A stretch of DNA of 39,212 bases. It comes from Clostridiaceae bacterium. GTDB lineage: Bacteria; Bacillota; Clostridia; Acetivibrionales; DUMC01. The stretch is from the NCBI GenBank assembly GCA_012512865.1, contig JAAZDH010000317.1:1-39212 (forward strand), given 5' to 3'. Position 1 is the stretch's first letter. Every line of letters starts with the position of its first letter. A program made the position numbers and the translations under genes. Shown here one piece after another: positions 8,463-17,602 of this stretch. The notes below the pieces were generated by a model that was not told the origin of the DNA, did not search any database, and saw nothing but the letters and a program-made list of their open reading frames with translations.

Positions 8463-9242
8463 ATGTTTAAGAAGATGTTCAATGACAGGTCGTCAAGAAA
8501 CATAATTTTTTTCGTTGCAACCTTGATTGTTGTTGCCATGATTATTGTTGCAGTCACATCAAATTTGCCTTTGAAAACTTTTGCAGAAGGCGAAAAAACA
8601 GGCGAAGATATCAGGAGGATCCTTAACGTGTTCGGCAATGGGAAAGTAACGGTTGAGCCTGATATCGCGTATATAATCCTTGGAGTAGTAACTGAGCATG
8701 AGAATGCCGCCATGGCTCAAAAAGAAAATGCAGCTGCAATGGATAAGCTTATTTCAAACATCAAGGCTGCAGGCATCAAGGAGGAAGATATAAAAACAAC
8801 AAATTACAGTATTTATCCCAAGTATAACTATATAAGGGAAACCGGGGAGCAGCAAATAATCGGGTATACTGTAAATAATTCGGTACAGGTAACCATCAGG
8901 GATACTTCAAAGGTTGGGGAAATTATTGACCTGGCATCGGAAAGCGGGCTAAATATTACAAGAGGTATAAGTTTTGGTTTGAGCAACTATGATGAATACT
9001 ACCGCGAAGCTTTGAAAAACGCCGTAGAAAATGCAAAAAAGAAGGCAGAAACAATGGCCGAAGCTTTTGGAATAGAACTCGGGATTCCTGTATCCATGAC
9101 CGAAAGCGGAGAGTATGCACCCTCACCGGTTTATGTGCGTTGGGATGAATATGTTGCTGATGAGAAATTCTCGGTTTCAACCCCTATACAATCAGGTACA
9201 ATTGAGGTAAATGCAAGTGTTAACCTAGCATACGAGTATTAA
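8463..9242 (+). CDS. SIMPL (DUF541) domain protein with N-terminal signal/anchor
   Basis: SD AGGGGGGAG. Hydrophobic N-terminus. VTVEPDIAYIILGVVTE...A...NA..MDKLISNIKAAGIKEEDIKTTNYSIYPKY is the typical SIMPL/BP26 layout. Confidence 0.8.
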   Translation: MFKKMFNDRSSRNIIFFVATLIVVAMIIVAVTSNLPLKTFAEGEKTGEDIRRILNVFGNGKVTVEPDIAYIILGVVTEHENAAMAQKENAAAMDKLISNIKAAGIKEEDIKTTNYSIYPKYNYIRETGEQQIIGYTVNNSVQVTIRDTSKVGEIIDLASESGLNITRGISFGLSNYDEYYREALKNAVENAKKKAETMAEAFGIELGIPVSMTESGEYAPSPVYVRWDEYVADEKFSVSTPIQSGTIEVNASVNLAYEY

Positions 9243-9305
9243 TGATACTATAATGATGTAATAATGCATAATAATAATGCATAGTAGTTGCTGTAACAAA
9301 ATAAA

Positions 9306-9346
9306 AAACAAAAAACCAGGCGGAGTATAATATCCGCCTGGTTTTT
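9306..9346. terminator. Bidirectional rho-independent terminator between convergent genes
   Basis: AAAAA-CCAGGCGGA (9316-9324) loop TCCGCCTGG (9333-9341)-TTTTT. The 9-bp GC-rich stem is flanked by A and T runs. Confidence 0.85.
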
Positions 9347-9378
9347 CGCTGCTCAACTTCAGCTTACGCTTTAGTTCA

Positions 9379-10842
9379 CTAAAATATCCACCTTTCAGCT
9401 TCTATTAAAGAGTTTGCCTTTTCAATCAAGCTGGTGAGAAGCATAATCATTGATTCGGATGATTCCTTGACTTTTTCCATGGTTTGTGCCGCTTTTTGCT
9501 TATCATTATTCTTTATGTACTCGATGGCAGTTTTACCGGCATTATGCACCCCCCTGTGGTGCAAATCGATTTTTTCCCACGTATCTGCTATTTCAGGGTT
9601 GGATGGGGTAACCGAATGGTAAAAATGGCCGAACCTGCACTTATTATCATCAGTTTGTAAAGGCCTGACCTGCATGGTTTCAATCATGGATTCAAGCTCA
9701 GAAACCCAAGTTTTATGATTGTTGATTGCGGTTTCAATGTACTCTATGAATTTTTCCCCGGGTAGGCCGTAGATCTTGTCTTTGATTACCTCCCCGCAAA
9801 GTTTTGCAGTAGTATCTACAGTGTTTTCAAGGTTTTCCATATCCCTGGACAATTCATTTATTTGCTTCCCCATTTTTTCAAGATCCTGGGAATAGTTGTC
9901 CAGGATGCTTGCTTTATCACTTAATACCGTCATGGTGGATGTAATTTCCTCCATGGCAGCATTTACTTCCTGGCTGGCTGCCGATAGTTTTTCCAGGTCG
10001 GATGCTATTTCTATTATATCTGCATTGCTTGATTCTATGGATGAAATCATGCTTTTTATAGAGTTGTTTATATTTTCAAGGGACTTTACCGAATAATCTA
10101 TGCTTTCCGAGCTTTTGCCGGATTTCGTATAAATGTCGTTAACAATGGCACTTATGGAATTAAGCAGGTTTTTCGTGGTATCGGACAATTTCCTTATTTC
10201 ATCTGCCACCACCGAAAAACTCCTGCCTGCATCTCCAGCCCTGGCAGCCTCAATTGATGCATTGAATGCAAGAAGGTTTGTCTGGTCGGATATTTCAAAA
10301 ATCCCGTCAACTATCTCCTTCATCCTTTCAAGTGAATCCTGGAGAGTGCTAATATCATTTTTCATTTCGTTGGAGCTATTCAATGCATTTTGGCTTTCCA
10401 ATGAAATCTGCTCTGCTGTTTTCTGGTTCTCGACGGTATTATCCATTATGGTTTTTGATTTTATTGATATGCGCTCCAAGGTTTTTACCAGTTCGCTGTT
10501 TGCACCGGTTATCCCGGTTATCGCAAATAGGGTATTTTCTGCCGTGGAATTTACTTCCGAGGATGCTTGTTCTATGCAGGAAGCCGTAGCATTTATATTT
10601 TCACTGTAAAAATCCAATTTCAAATCAAAGCTGCTTGTCAAAAATGCTGAAGCAAATATTTTGTCAATGATTGAGATTACGTAGTCTTTCCCTTTTATCA
10701 TCCGCTTGCAAAAAGAGGTTACCTGCTCCCTGATGTTCTCGCCTGAAATTCTTTTATTACTCGTACTAAGTTCACGTTCAAGGCTGATAACGGCTTCAAG
10801 TATGGATTCAATTTCCTTTATTTCTTTCTTTAATATAAACAT
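9379..10842 (-). CDS. Soluble methyl-accepting chemotaxis protein with C-terminal CZB (chemoreceptor zinc-binding) domain
   Basis: MA signalling core [40 protein letters not shown]-terminal HKTW...CRFGHFYH...HHRGVH fits the CZB His/Cys pattern. No 20-residue hydrophobic segment. ATG 10842 has GGGGG 9 nt upstream, whereas GTG 10848 is too close to that SD. Confidence 0.9.
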   Translation of the reverse strand: MFILKKEIKEIESILEAVISLERELSTSNKRISGENIREQVTSFCKRMIKGKDYVISIIDKIFASAFLTSSFDLKLDFYSENINATASCIEQASSEVNSTAENTLFAITGITGANSELVKTLERISIKSKTIMDNTVENQKTAEQISLESQNALNSSNEMKNDISTLQDSLERMKEIVDGIFEISDQTNLLAFNASIEAARAGDAGRSFSVVADEIRKLSDTTKNLLNSISAIVNDIYTKSGKSSESIDYSVKSLENINNSIKSMISSIESSNADIIEIASDLEKLSAASQEVNAAMEEITSTMTVLSDKASILDNYSQDLEKMGKQINELSRDMENLENTVDTTAKLCGEVIKDKIYGLPGEKFIEYIETAINNHKTWVSELESMIETMQVRPLQTDDNKCRFGHFYHSVTPSNPEIADTWEKIDLHHRGVHNAGKTAIEYIKNNDKQKAAQTMEKVKESSESMIMLLTSLIEKANSLIEAERWIF

Positions 10843-11196
10843 ATGCACAAACCCCCAGTTAATAGTATATTTATGGCGTATTTTAAGTAAATCACTTGAA
10901 AAATTGCTTATAATTCGTGTACAATTTGTGCCTGCCTTATAATCTGCTCTTGGTAATATCCACTTGCTACTATCTATTTTATCGGCAAGTTACCAGTAAA
11001 ATTTGCATATTGTTATTAAAATATTACTATTAAAATGAATAAAAATATCAAAATAAATAATATTTTTTCAAGCCTGTTAAATATGGGCTTGGCCAAATTC
11101 GTTATTGCGATAGGTAATATATTTTGATATTATTAGACCAAGTGGTGAATAATATGGAAATTCAACTATTTAGCATGGTAAAGGGGTAGATGGAGG

Positions 11197-12288
11197 TTGA
11201 CCTCAAGGATAAGAAAAAATGATATAATAGATGGAATGTATGATTGGGTAAGAGTACTGAACACCGAATGCAATATAGTATACGTTAATAAAGCCATGGC
11301 TGAATACTTGGAGGGGCCGGTTATAGGCAAGAAGTACTACGAAGCCTTTAACAAAAGTGAACCCTGTGAAAACTGCGTTTCAAGAAAATCCTTGGCGGAT
11401 GGTGGAACCTATGAGAAGGAAGAAGTAATTGGGGACAGGTATTTTTCGGTGATGAGCTCACCGGTCAAGGATTCAAGCGGCCAGATAATAGGCATCGTCG
11501 AAGTGTTCAGGGATATTACCAAGTTGAAGCACTTGCAGAAAAAAATAATGGAGCAAAATGATGAAATGCAGGACGACCTGGATATGGCAAGGAGGCTGCA
11601 GTTGAGCATGCTTCCCTCAAAATTGCCCGAGAGAAACCTGAAAATATCTTTTATTTACAAGCCGAGCAAAATGCTGGGGGGAGATTTTATTGACGTTTTC
11701 GAAATAGACAGGGATCATTGGGGAATGTATATAGCCGACGTATCAGGGCATGGTGTCCTGGCATCATTGTTTACTGTGTTCTTACGCTCAACAATAGATA
11801 AAAACATTTTATCCCCTGCAGAAACCTTGACAAAATTGTACAAGGAGTTCAACAAGATAGGTTTTGACACCGATTTATACATCACGGTTTTCTATTCGGT
11901 AATTAATATTAATACCATGGAGTTAACCTTTTCAAATGCAGGTCATAATGTGTGCCCTGTTATATTCGGCAATTCAGGGTTCAAAATCCTGAGGAAACCA
12001 GGTATACCTATCAGTAATTGGATGGATAATCCCGGTTATACCGATAGCCGGGTTTGTTTGAATAAAGGCGATCGTGTATTTTATTCTTCCGATGGGATCG
12101 TGGAGATAAAGAATAGTTTAAAGCAGCAATTTGGCGAAGAGCGGCTCCTAGACATCTTGTTGAGTGAAAAATCCGAACCGTGCAAGATTCTCGAAAATAT
12201 TGTTGCAAGAGCTTTTAATTTTGCAGGCATAAAAAGCACGGACGAGCTGGAAGACGACATAACGATGGCCCTGTTGGAAATTATCTAG
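11197..12288 (+). CDS. PAS-domain SpoIIE/PP2C-family serine phosphatase
   Basis: C-terminal LGGDFIDVF...YIADVSGHGVLASL...FYSSDGIVE are SpoIIE-type PP2C motifs. The N-terminal ~110 aa is PAS-like with CENC. The TTG start at 11197 is uncertain; ATG 11236 is the alternative. Confidence 0.8.
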   Translation: MTSRIRKNDIIDGMYDWVRVLNTECNIVYVNKAMAEYLEGPVIGKKYYEAFNKSEPCENCVSRKSLADGGTYEKEEVIGDRYFSVMSSPVKDSSGQIIGIVEVFRDITKLKHLQKKIMEQNDEMQDDLDMARRLQLSMLPSKLPERNLKISFIYKPSKMLGGDFIDVFEIDRDHWGMYIADVSGHGVLASLFTVFLRSTIDKNILSPAETLTKLYKEFNKIGFDTDLYITVFYSVININTMELTFSNAGHNVCPVIFGNSGFKILRKPGIPISNWMDNPGYTDSRVCLNKGDRVFYSSDGIVEIKNSLKQQFGEERLLDILLSEKSEPCKILENIVARAFNFAGIKSTDELEDDITMALLEII

Positions 12289-12300
12289 GAGGTGGTACAT

Positions 12301-13635
12301 GTGGGAAAATACACAAGGGAAGATATTTTAAGAATGGTCGAGGAAAATGATGTAAAATTTATAAGGTTGCAGTTTACCGATATATTCGGGATACTTAAAA
12401 ATGTTGCCATACCTGTAAGCCAATTGGGAAAAGCCCTGGATAACAAGTGCATGTTTGACGGTTCTTCAATAGAAGGTTTTGTAAGGATAGAAGAGTCCGA
12501 CATGTACTTGCGTCCCGATATCAATACGTTTGTAATTTTCCCCTGGAGGCCCCAGGTAGGTAAAGTTGCAAGGTTTATATGCGATGTATATAACCCGGAT
12601 GGCACACCTTTTGAGGGGGATCCCAGGTACGTGTTGAAAAAGGTGTTGAAAAAAGCGGAAGACATGGGATGGGGTACCTTTAACGTGGGCCCGGAGTGCG
12701 AGTTTTTCCTTTTTCTTACCGACAGCGATGGCAACCCTACTACCAGGACCCAGGACAATGCAGGATATTTCGACCTTGGGCCTGTTGACCTGGGGGAGAA
12801 TGCACGCCGCGATATTGTTATAGCCTTGGAAGAAATGGGCTTTGAAATAGAGGCTTCGCACCATGAATGCTCCCCGGGACAGCATGAAATTGATTTTAAA
12901 TATGCAGATGCCTTGACCACCGCGGACGCAATACTGACATTCAAGCTGGTGGTTAAAACCATAGCGCAAAAGCATGGGCTGCATGCGTCATTTATGCCAA
13001 AACCAATATACGAAATAAACGGTTCAGGAATGCATACGAATATTTCCCTTTTCAGGGACGGGGAAAATATATTTTACGATGAAAATGATGCTCTTGGACT
13101 AAGCCGGGAGGCATATTGGTTTATCGGCGGGTTGATGAAACATGCAAGGAGTTTTACCGTTCTTACAAATCCCATCGTTAATTCATATAAAAGGCTTGTT
13201 CCGGGGTATGAAGCCCCTGTATACGTTGCATGGTCTGCAAGGAATCGAAGTCCCTTGATAAGAATACCTACAGCAAGCGGGACTAATACAAGGATAGAAT
13301 TAAGGAGCCCGGATCCATGCTGCAATCCTTACCTTGCCCTTGCAGGAGTGATTGCTGCAGGGCTTGACGGGATAAAAGAAAGAATACAGCCGCCACCGCC
13401 CCTGAATACGAATATATTTGCCATGGCAAAAGAACAGAAGGAGAAGGAAAATATAATTTCCCTGCCGGCAAATCTCAAGGAGGCCGTTGATGAAATGGAA
13501 AATAGCGACTTGCTAAGGGATGTGCTGGGGAAACACATTTTTGAGAAATATATTGAAGCAAAAAACGAGGAGTGGGATGATTACAGGCAGCAGGTAACTC
13601 ACTGGGAGTTAAAGCATTACCTGACAAAATACTAG
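12301..13635 (+). CDS. glnA: Type I glutamine synthetase
   Basis: [28 protein letters not shown]...DGSSIEGF...NGSGMHTN...[12 protein letters not shown]...[10 protein letters not shown] are canonical GlnA motifs. AGGAGG at 12288-12293 is 7 nt before GTG 12301. The ORF-track start 12292 overlaps that SD. Confidence 0.95.
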   Translation: MGKYTREDILRMVEENDVKFIRLQFTDIFGILKNVAIPVSQLGKALDNKCMFDGSSIEGFVRIEESDMYLRPDINTFVIFPWRPQVGKVARFICDVYNPDGTPFEGDPRYVLKKVLKKAEDMGWGTFNVGPECEFFLFLTDSDGNPTTRTQDNAGYFDLGPVDLGENARRDIVIALEEMGFEIEASHHECSPGQHEIDFKYADALTTADAILTFKLVVKTIAQKHGLHASFMPKPIYEINGSGMHTNISLFRDGENIFYDENDALGLSREAYWFIGGLMKHARSFTVLTNPIVNSYKRLVPGYEAPVYVAWSARNRSPLIRIPTASGTNTRIELRSPDPCCNPYLALAGVIAAGLDGIKERIQPPPPLNTNIFAMAKEQKEKENIISLPANLKEAVDEMENSDLLRDVLGKHIFEKYIEAKNEEWDDYRQQVTHWELKHYLTKY

Positions 13636-13756
13636 TAAAAGTATTATACCGGGTAAATCTCTTGAAAAATTCTTAAAATATTTCGTTAAAATCCTGGCGG
13701 CTAATCCTGGCGACTTGCTCAAACCTCATAAGGGGGAACAAAAAATACAGGGAGAA

Positions 13757-13966
13757 ATGACGAACATGCCCATTAAGATAAGACTAGGCGATGTAGTAGA
13801 ATTAAAAAAGCCGCACCCCTGCGGGAGCAAGCAGTGGGAAATTACAAGAACCGGTGCTGACATCAGGATGAAATGCCTGGGATGCCAGCACCAGGTTTTG
13901 ATACCACGGGTTAAGTTTGAGAAAAGTGTGAAGAGGATTGTTGGCAAAGATGATGGTCAAGGATGA
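13757..13966 (+). CDS. DUF951 family small protein
   Basis: VELKKPHPCGSKQWEITRTGADIRMKCLGCQHQVLIPR is the conserved DUF951 Cys-motif core. Start is ATG 13757 or, with better SD spacing, ATG 13766. Confidence 0.8.
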   Translation: MTNMPIKIRLGDVVELKKPHPCGSKQWEITRTGADIRMKCLGCQHQVLIPRVKFEKSVKRIVGKDDGQG

Positions 13967-13976
13967 GGTGGAGGGT

Positions 13977-14236
13977 GGCGAGACGACTTCCTTAGGCTAA
14001 TATTGGAGCAAGACTTACGTATTGTAATGCTTAAAGCTGGCGAAAAAATCCTACCCGTCACACTCGCCATCCATGGCTCGGGTGACGGCTCGCCGCATAG
14101 AAAGGGTTAAGGTGTGCGGAATTTAAGATTTAGGAAAAAGGAATTAGGTTTTCAGGATTTAGGAAAAGGGTATTAGATTGGGGTTTCGTGTGGCGAATTA
14201 AGGTGGCCAATGTTAGCCTAGGGAAGTCGTCTCGCC
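13977..14236. repeat. 260-bp element bounded by 30-nt terminal inverted repeats (MITE-like or long-hairpin RNA)
   Basis: Left arm GGCGAGACGACTTCCTTAGGCTAATATTGG (13977-14006). Right arm CCAATGTTAGCCTAGGGAAGTCGTCTCGCC (14207-14236). 28/30 positions are complementary, and both mismatches are T:G. No ORF inside. Confidence 0.7.
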
Positions 14237-14473
14237 ATGTGGTTAGGAATAAGGTGGGAGGAGTTTGGGATCTAGGAAAAAGTATTAAAGCTGTGGGATA
14301 GATAGGGCGATGGGTTACTACCCCTGTCCCTGTGTCACCTATGGAAGATATATGTCACACTTTATGAATAATTTATAGATAAATTGGAAAAATTTATTTT
14401 ATGGTTTTATATTTGTTTTGCTGGTAGGTATAATAGCAAGGATGAACATAGCGAGAGGTAAGGAGGATATGTG

Positions 14474-14821
14474 ATGAAGGGAAAGGGTAATGGAAGTGAA
14501 AAGGGTGGACAGGTGAAAAACGGGCAGGTGGATAAAAGACAACATCAAAAGGCGGAATATGATTTTGACAGGACTATAAGGGAATACCTGAGACAGGGAA
14601 GGGAGAAGCTTATCAAGGATTTGACCGGTACCAGGGAAGCTATAAAGCTAATTGCAAATGACAAGGCAAGAGATTTTATGCTGGTGACCGACAGGGGGTT
14701 GAATAAAGAAGAACGGGATTACCTGGTTGAGATAATAATATCCAGCATGTGCCAAACCTTTTGTTACGGGTATGGCATTGGGAAAATAGAGGGCAAAACA
14801 AACAGCAGGGTTTATCTTTAA
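14474..14821 (+). CDS. Hypothetical small protein (115 aa)
   Basis: AGGAGG lies 8 nt upstream. N-terminus is Lys/Gly-rich and the C-terminus reads CQTFCYGYGIGKIEGK. No family recognised. Confidence 0.5.
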   Translation: MKGKGNGSEKGGQVKNGQVDKRQHQKAEYDFDRTIREYLRQGREKLIKDLTGTREAIKLIANDKARDFMLVTDRGLNKEERDYLVEIIISSMCQTFCYGYGIGKIEGKTNSRVYL

Positions 14822-15005
14822 CTTTAATAAGAAAGAATAAGAAAGCTATAATTGACCATTGGTATGATATTTTGCGAATATCGTTTTGGGTTTGCCTTTA
14901 ATAATAGAAATTGTAATTGGCAGGGAAGGTAATGAGCGGGTGAAACCGCAAATTAATTATAAAATAATTATACAGGCTTAATTAAGGTTATAGGGGGTTG
15001 TTTCC

Positions 15006-16751
15006 ATGGATTTTTTGAATTGCATACCGAGACCTGAATATCCAAGGCCGCAGATGGTCAGGGGAGAGTGGATGAATTTAAACGGTGAATGGGATTTTGA
15101 GATAGACCACGGGAAAAGCGGCAAGGAAAGAAAATTATATAAACAGGGTTCTTTTACTAGGAAAATATTAGTTCCCTTTTGCCCTGAAAGCAAGCTTTCC
15201 GGTATTGAATACAAGGATTTCATGCCTGCAGTATGGTACAGGAGGGAGTTTACCCTTCCGCGAAACTGGCAAGGCAAGAGGATACTGCTTCACTTTGGGG
15301 CGGTAGATTATGAAACGGAAGTATGGATTAACGGGGTTTCCGCCGGCACCCACAGGGGAGGTTATACGTCTTTTACATTTGATATAACCAACCTGTTGAT
15401 GGAAGACAAGAACGTGCTTGTTGTATGCGCGGAGGATGATGTAAGATCAGGGCTTCAGCCGGCCGGCAAGCAAAGCCCGAAATTGGAATCCTACGGTTGC
15501 ATGTATACCAGGACCACGGGCATATGGCAGACCGTGTGGTTGGAATGTGTTCCAATTGAGTACATATCAAGTATTAAAATAATACCTTCCCCGGAAAACA
15601 AGGCGGTATATGTAGAAGGCATTTGCATGGGGAATACGGATAATCTAACTTTTGAAGCAAGGGCATATTTTAACGGTAAGGAAGCAGGCAGCGGAAAAGC
15701 AGTGGTACAATACGGGAGGGCTTTATTAAAAATAGACCTTGATGAAGTTCAACTTTGGGAGCCTGGCAATCCAAGGCTTTACGATATTGAACTGTGTTTA
15801 ACAACCGCCGGGGGGAAAATCATAGACAGGGTTGAAAGCTACTTTGGCCTCCGCTCCGTGTCGTTGAGCGACAATACGATAAAAATAAACGGCAGGCCGT
15901 TATTTCAACGTCTCGTACTGGACCAGGGCTTCTATCCTGACGGGATTTATACTGCACCGACGGATGAAGCTCTAAAGAAAGATATAGAAATCGCCATGGG
16001 ATTGGGCTTTAACGGCGCAAGGCTGCACCAGAAGGTATTCGAGCCGCGGTTCCTTTACTGGGCGGATAAGCTTGGTTACCTGGTATGGGGAGAATATGCC
16101 AGCTGGGGGCTTGACATAAGCTCGCCCATGGGGCTGGAAAGATTTCTTCCCGAGTGGATTGAAGCGGTGCAAAGGGATTTCAACCATCCCTCCATCATAG
16201 GCTGGTGCCCTTTCAACGAGACCTGGGATTATAAACACAGGCGCCAGGACGACGAGGTATTGAGAATAGTGTACCAGGTGACGAAGATGCTTGACCCGGC
16301 AAGGCCCGTCATAGACACCAGCGGGAATTATCACGTGGTAACGGACATTTTTGACATCCATGATTACGATCAGGATGTTGAAAAATTCAGAAGCAAGTTT
16401 GACCCCATGAAAACCGGCGGGGAGGTTTATGTTACACTTCCCGACAGGCAGAAATATAACGGTGAACCGTATTTTGTAAGCGAATACGGGGGTATCTGGT
16501 GGAACCCGGGTGACAGTGAAAAAGGTTGGGGTTATGGCTCCCGTCCATCCAGCGAAAAGGAGTTCCTTGAGAGGTACGAGGGCTTAACCAGCACGCTGCT
16601 TGAGAATCCAAGGATCTGCGCCTTTTGCTACACCCAGCTGTATGACGTGGAGCAGGAGGTCAACGGGCTTTATACCTATGACAGGAAACCTAAGTTTGAC
16701 CCGGAGACGATAAGGAAAATAAATACAAGGGAAAGTGCCATTGAAAAGTAA
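15006..16751 (+). CDS. Glycoside hydrolase family 2 protein (beta-galactosidase/beta-glucuronidase-like)
   Basis: GH2 sugar-binding signature HFGAVDYETEVWINGVSAGTHRGGYTSFTFDIT. TIM-barrel motifs GFNGARLHQ and NHPSIIGWCPFNE. SD AGGGGG. Confidence 0.85.
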   Translation: MDFLNCIPRPEYPRPQMVRGEWMNLNGEWDFEIDHGKSGKERKLYKQGSFTRKILVPFCPESKLSGIEYKDFMPAVWYRREFTLPRNWQGKRILLHFGAVDYETEVWINGVSAGTHRGGYTSFTFDITNLLMEDKNVLVVCAEDDVRSGLQPAGKQSPKLESYGCMYTRTTGIWQTVWLECVPIEYISSIKIIPSPENKAVYVEGICMGNTDNLTFEARAYFNGKEAGSGKAVVQYGRALLKIDLDEVQLWEPGNPRLYDIELCLTTAGGKIIDRVESYFGLRSVSLSDNTIKINGRPLFQRLVLDQGFYPDGIYTAPTDEALKKDIEIAMGLGFNGARLHQKVFEPRFLYWADKLGYLVWGEYASWGLDISSPMGLERFLPEWIEAVQRDFNHPSIIGWCPFNETWDYKHRRQDDEVLRIVYQVTKMLDPARPVIDTSGNYHVVTDIFDIHDYDQDVEKFRSKFDPMKTGGEVYVTLPDRQKYNGEPYFVSEYGGIWWNPGDSEKGWGYGSRPSSEKEFLERYEGLTSTLLENPRICAFCYTQLYDVEQEVNGLYTYDRKPKFDPETIRKINTRESAIEK

Positions 16752-16868
16752 CGGGTCAATTGAAAAAGTAACTTTCACCCCAAATTCATAAATACCGGAA
16801 GTAAGTTTTGCAATTGAGTTTTACAAATAAGACTGCGCAACTTTTCAGTACATCCGGCAAAAAAATGC

Positions 16869-16897
16869 TTGACATTGATTGAGGAGGCTGATAGAAT
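16869..16897 (+). promoter_or_regulatory. Sigma-A promoter of the ilv-leu leader (TTGACA-17-TAGAAT)
   Basis: TTGACA at 16869-16874, 17-nt spacer, TAGAAT at 16892-16897, about 65 nt upstream of T-box stem I. Confidence 0.6.
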
Positions 16898-16961
16898 ATT
16901 ATGCAATTACACCAATTTTGGGGAAACGTAATTCTTGGCATACAGCATAATACTTGGATAA

Positions 16962-17325
16962 AAGCGATGAAGGAAAAAAGATGCATCCGGACACAAGAGA
17001 GAGCCGGTGGGTGGTGCAAGCCGGTGTGTAAGATGCATGGATAGCTCGTTCTGGAGCTTCATCATTGAAATCTAGTAGGTGATGACGTTGACCGCGTTAC
17101 AGTCAGGGTGCTTATATAGGTAAAATGTTCTACCTGTCAACGGTTGAACTTCATGGTCCTGTATGGCTCCTACTGAGGATGTGCCCGGAATGGCCCCCGA
17201 AGAAAACAAGTATGCTTGGAGGGAGTAGTTGAAGGGCATATCGAAACAGGGTGGTACCGCGGAGGAAGAACGCCCCTTCGTCCCTGCTGAACAAATATTG
17301 CAGGGATGGAGGGGCTTAATTTATA
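16962..17325 (+). promoter_or_regulatory. T-box riboswitch leader, probably Leu-specific
   Basis: Stem I base GATGAAG (16966-16972) / CTTCATC. AG bay AGAGAG and distal loop TGGGTGGTGCAA. F-box CGTTA. T-box core AAACAGGGTGGTACCGCG (17244-17261), followed by a 15-bp terminator. Confidence 0.85.
17273..17325 (+). terminator. T-box attenuator terminator
   Basis: CCCCTTCGTCCCTGC (17273-17287) pairs with GCAGGGATGGAGGGG (17300-17314) over 15 bp including 2 G:U pairs. Followed by CTTAATTTATATT. Confidence 0.85.
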
Positions 17326-17602
17326 TTAATACCATTACGATTAACATTAACAAATTAACATTAATAGGAAAACTAAATTAGGCATCACAATAAATAATGC
17401 GTTGCAAAAATTTTTTCAGGAGAGGTTTTAAGGATAAAGCATTTGGCGATAGAACAAATATTTAGTTTAAGGATAAAGCGTTAAGGATTTTAAAGGATGA
17501 GTTTTTAGGATAAAACATTATAGATTGAACATTAGAGATTAAACAGTGGTTTATTTAATTGTATTGCATGATAAAAATGACAGCAAGGAGCAGGGAGGGA
17601 AA

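Noticed and set aside
16786-17019. 77-aa minus-strand ORF
   Set aside because: It lies across the ilv promoter and T-box stem I, which explain the sequence better. No SD is present.
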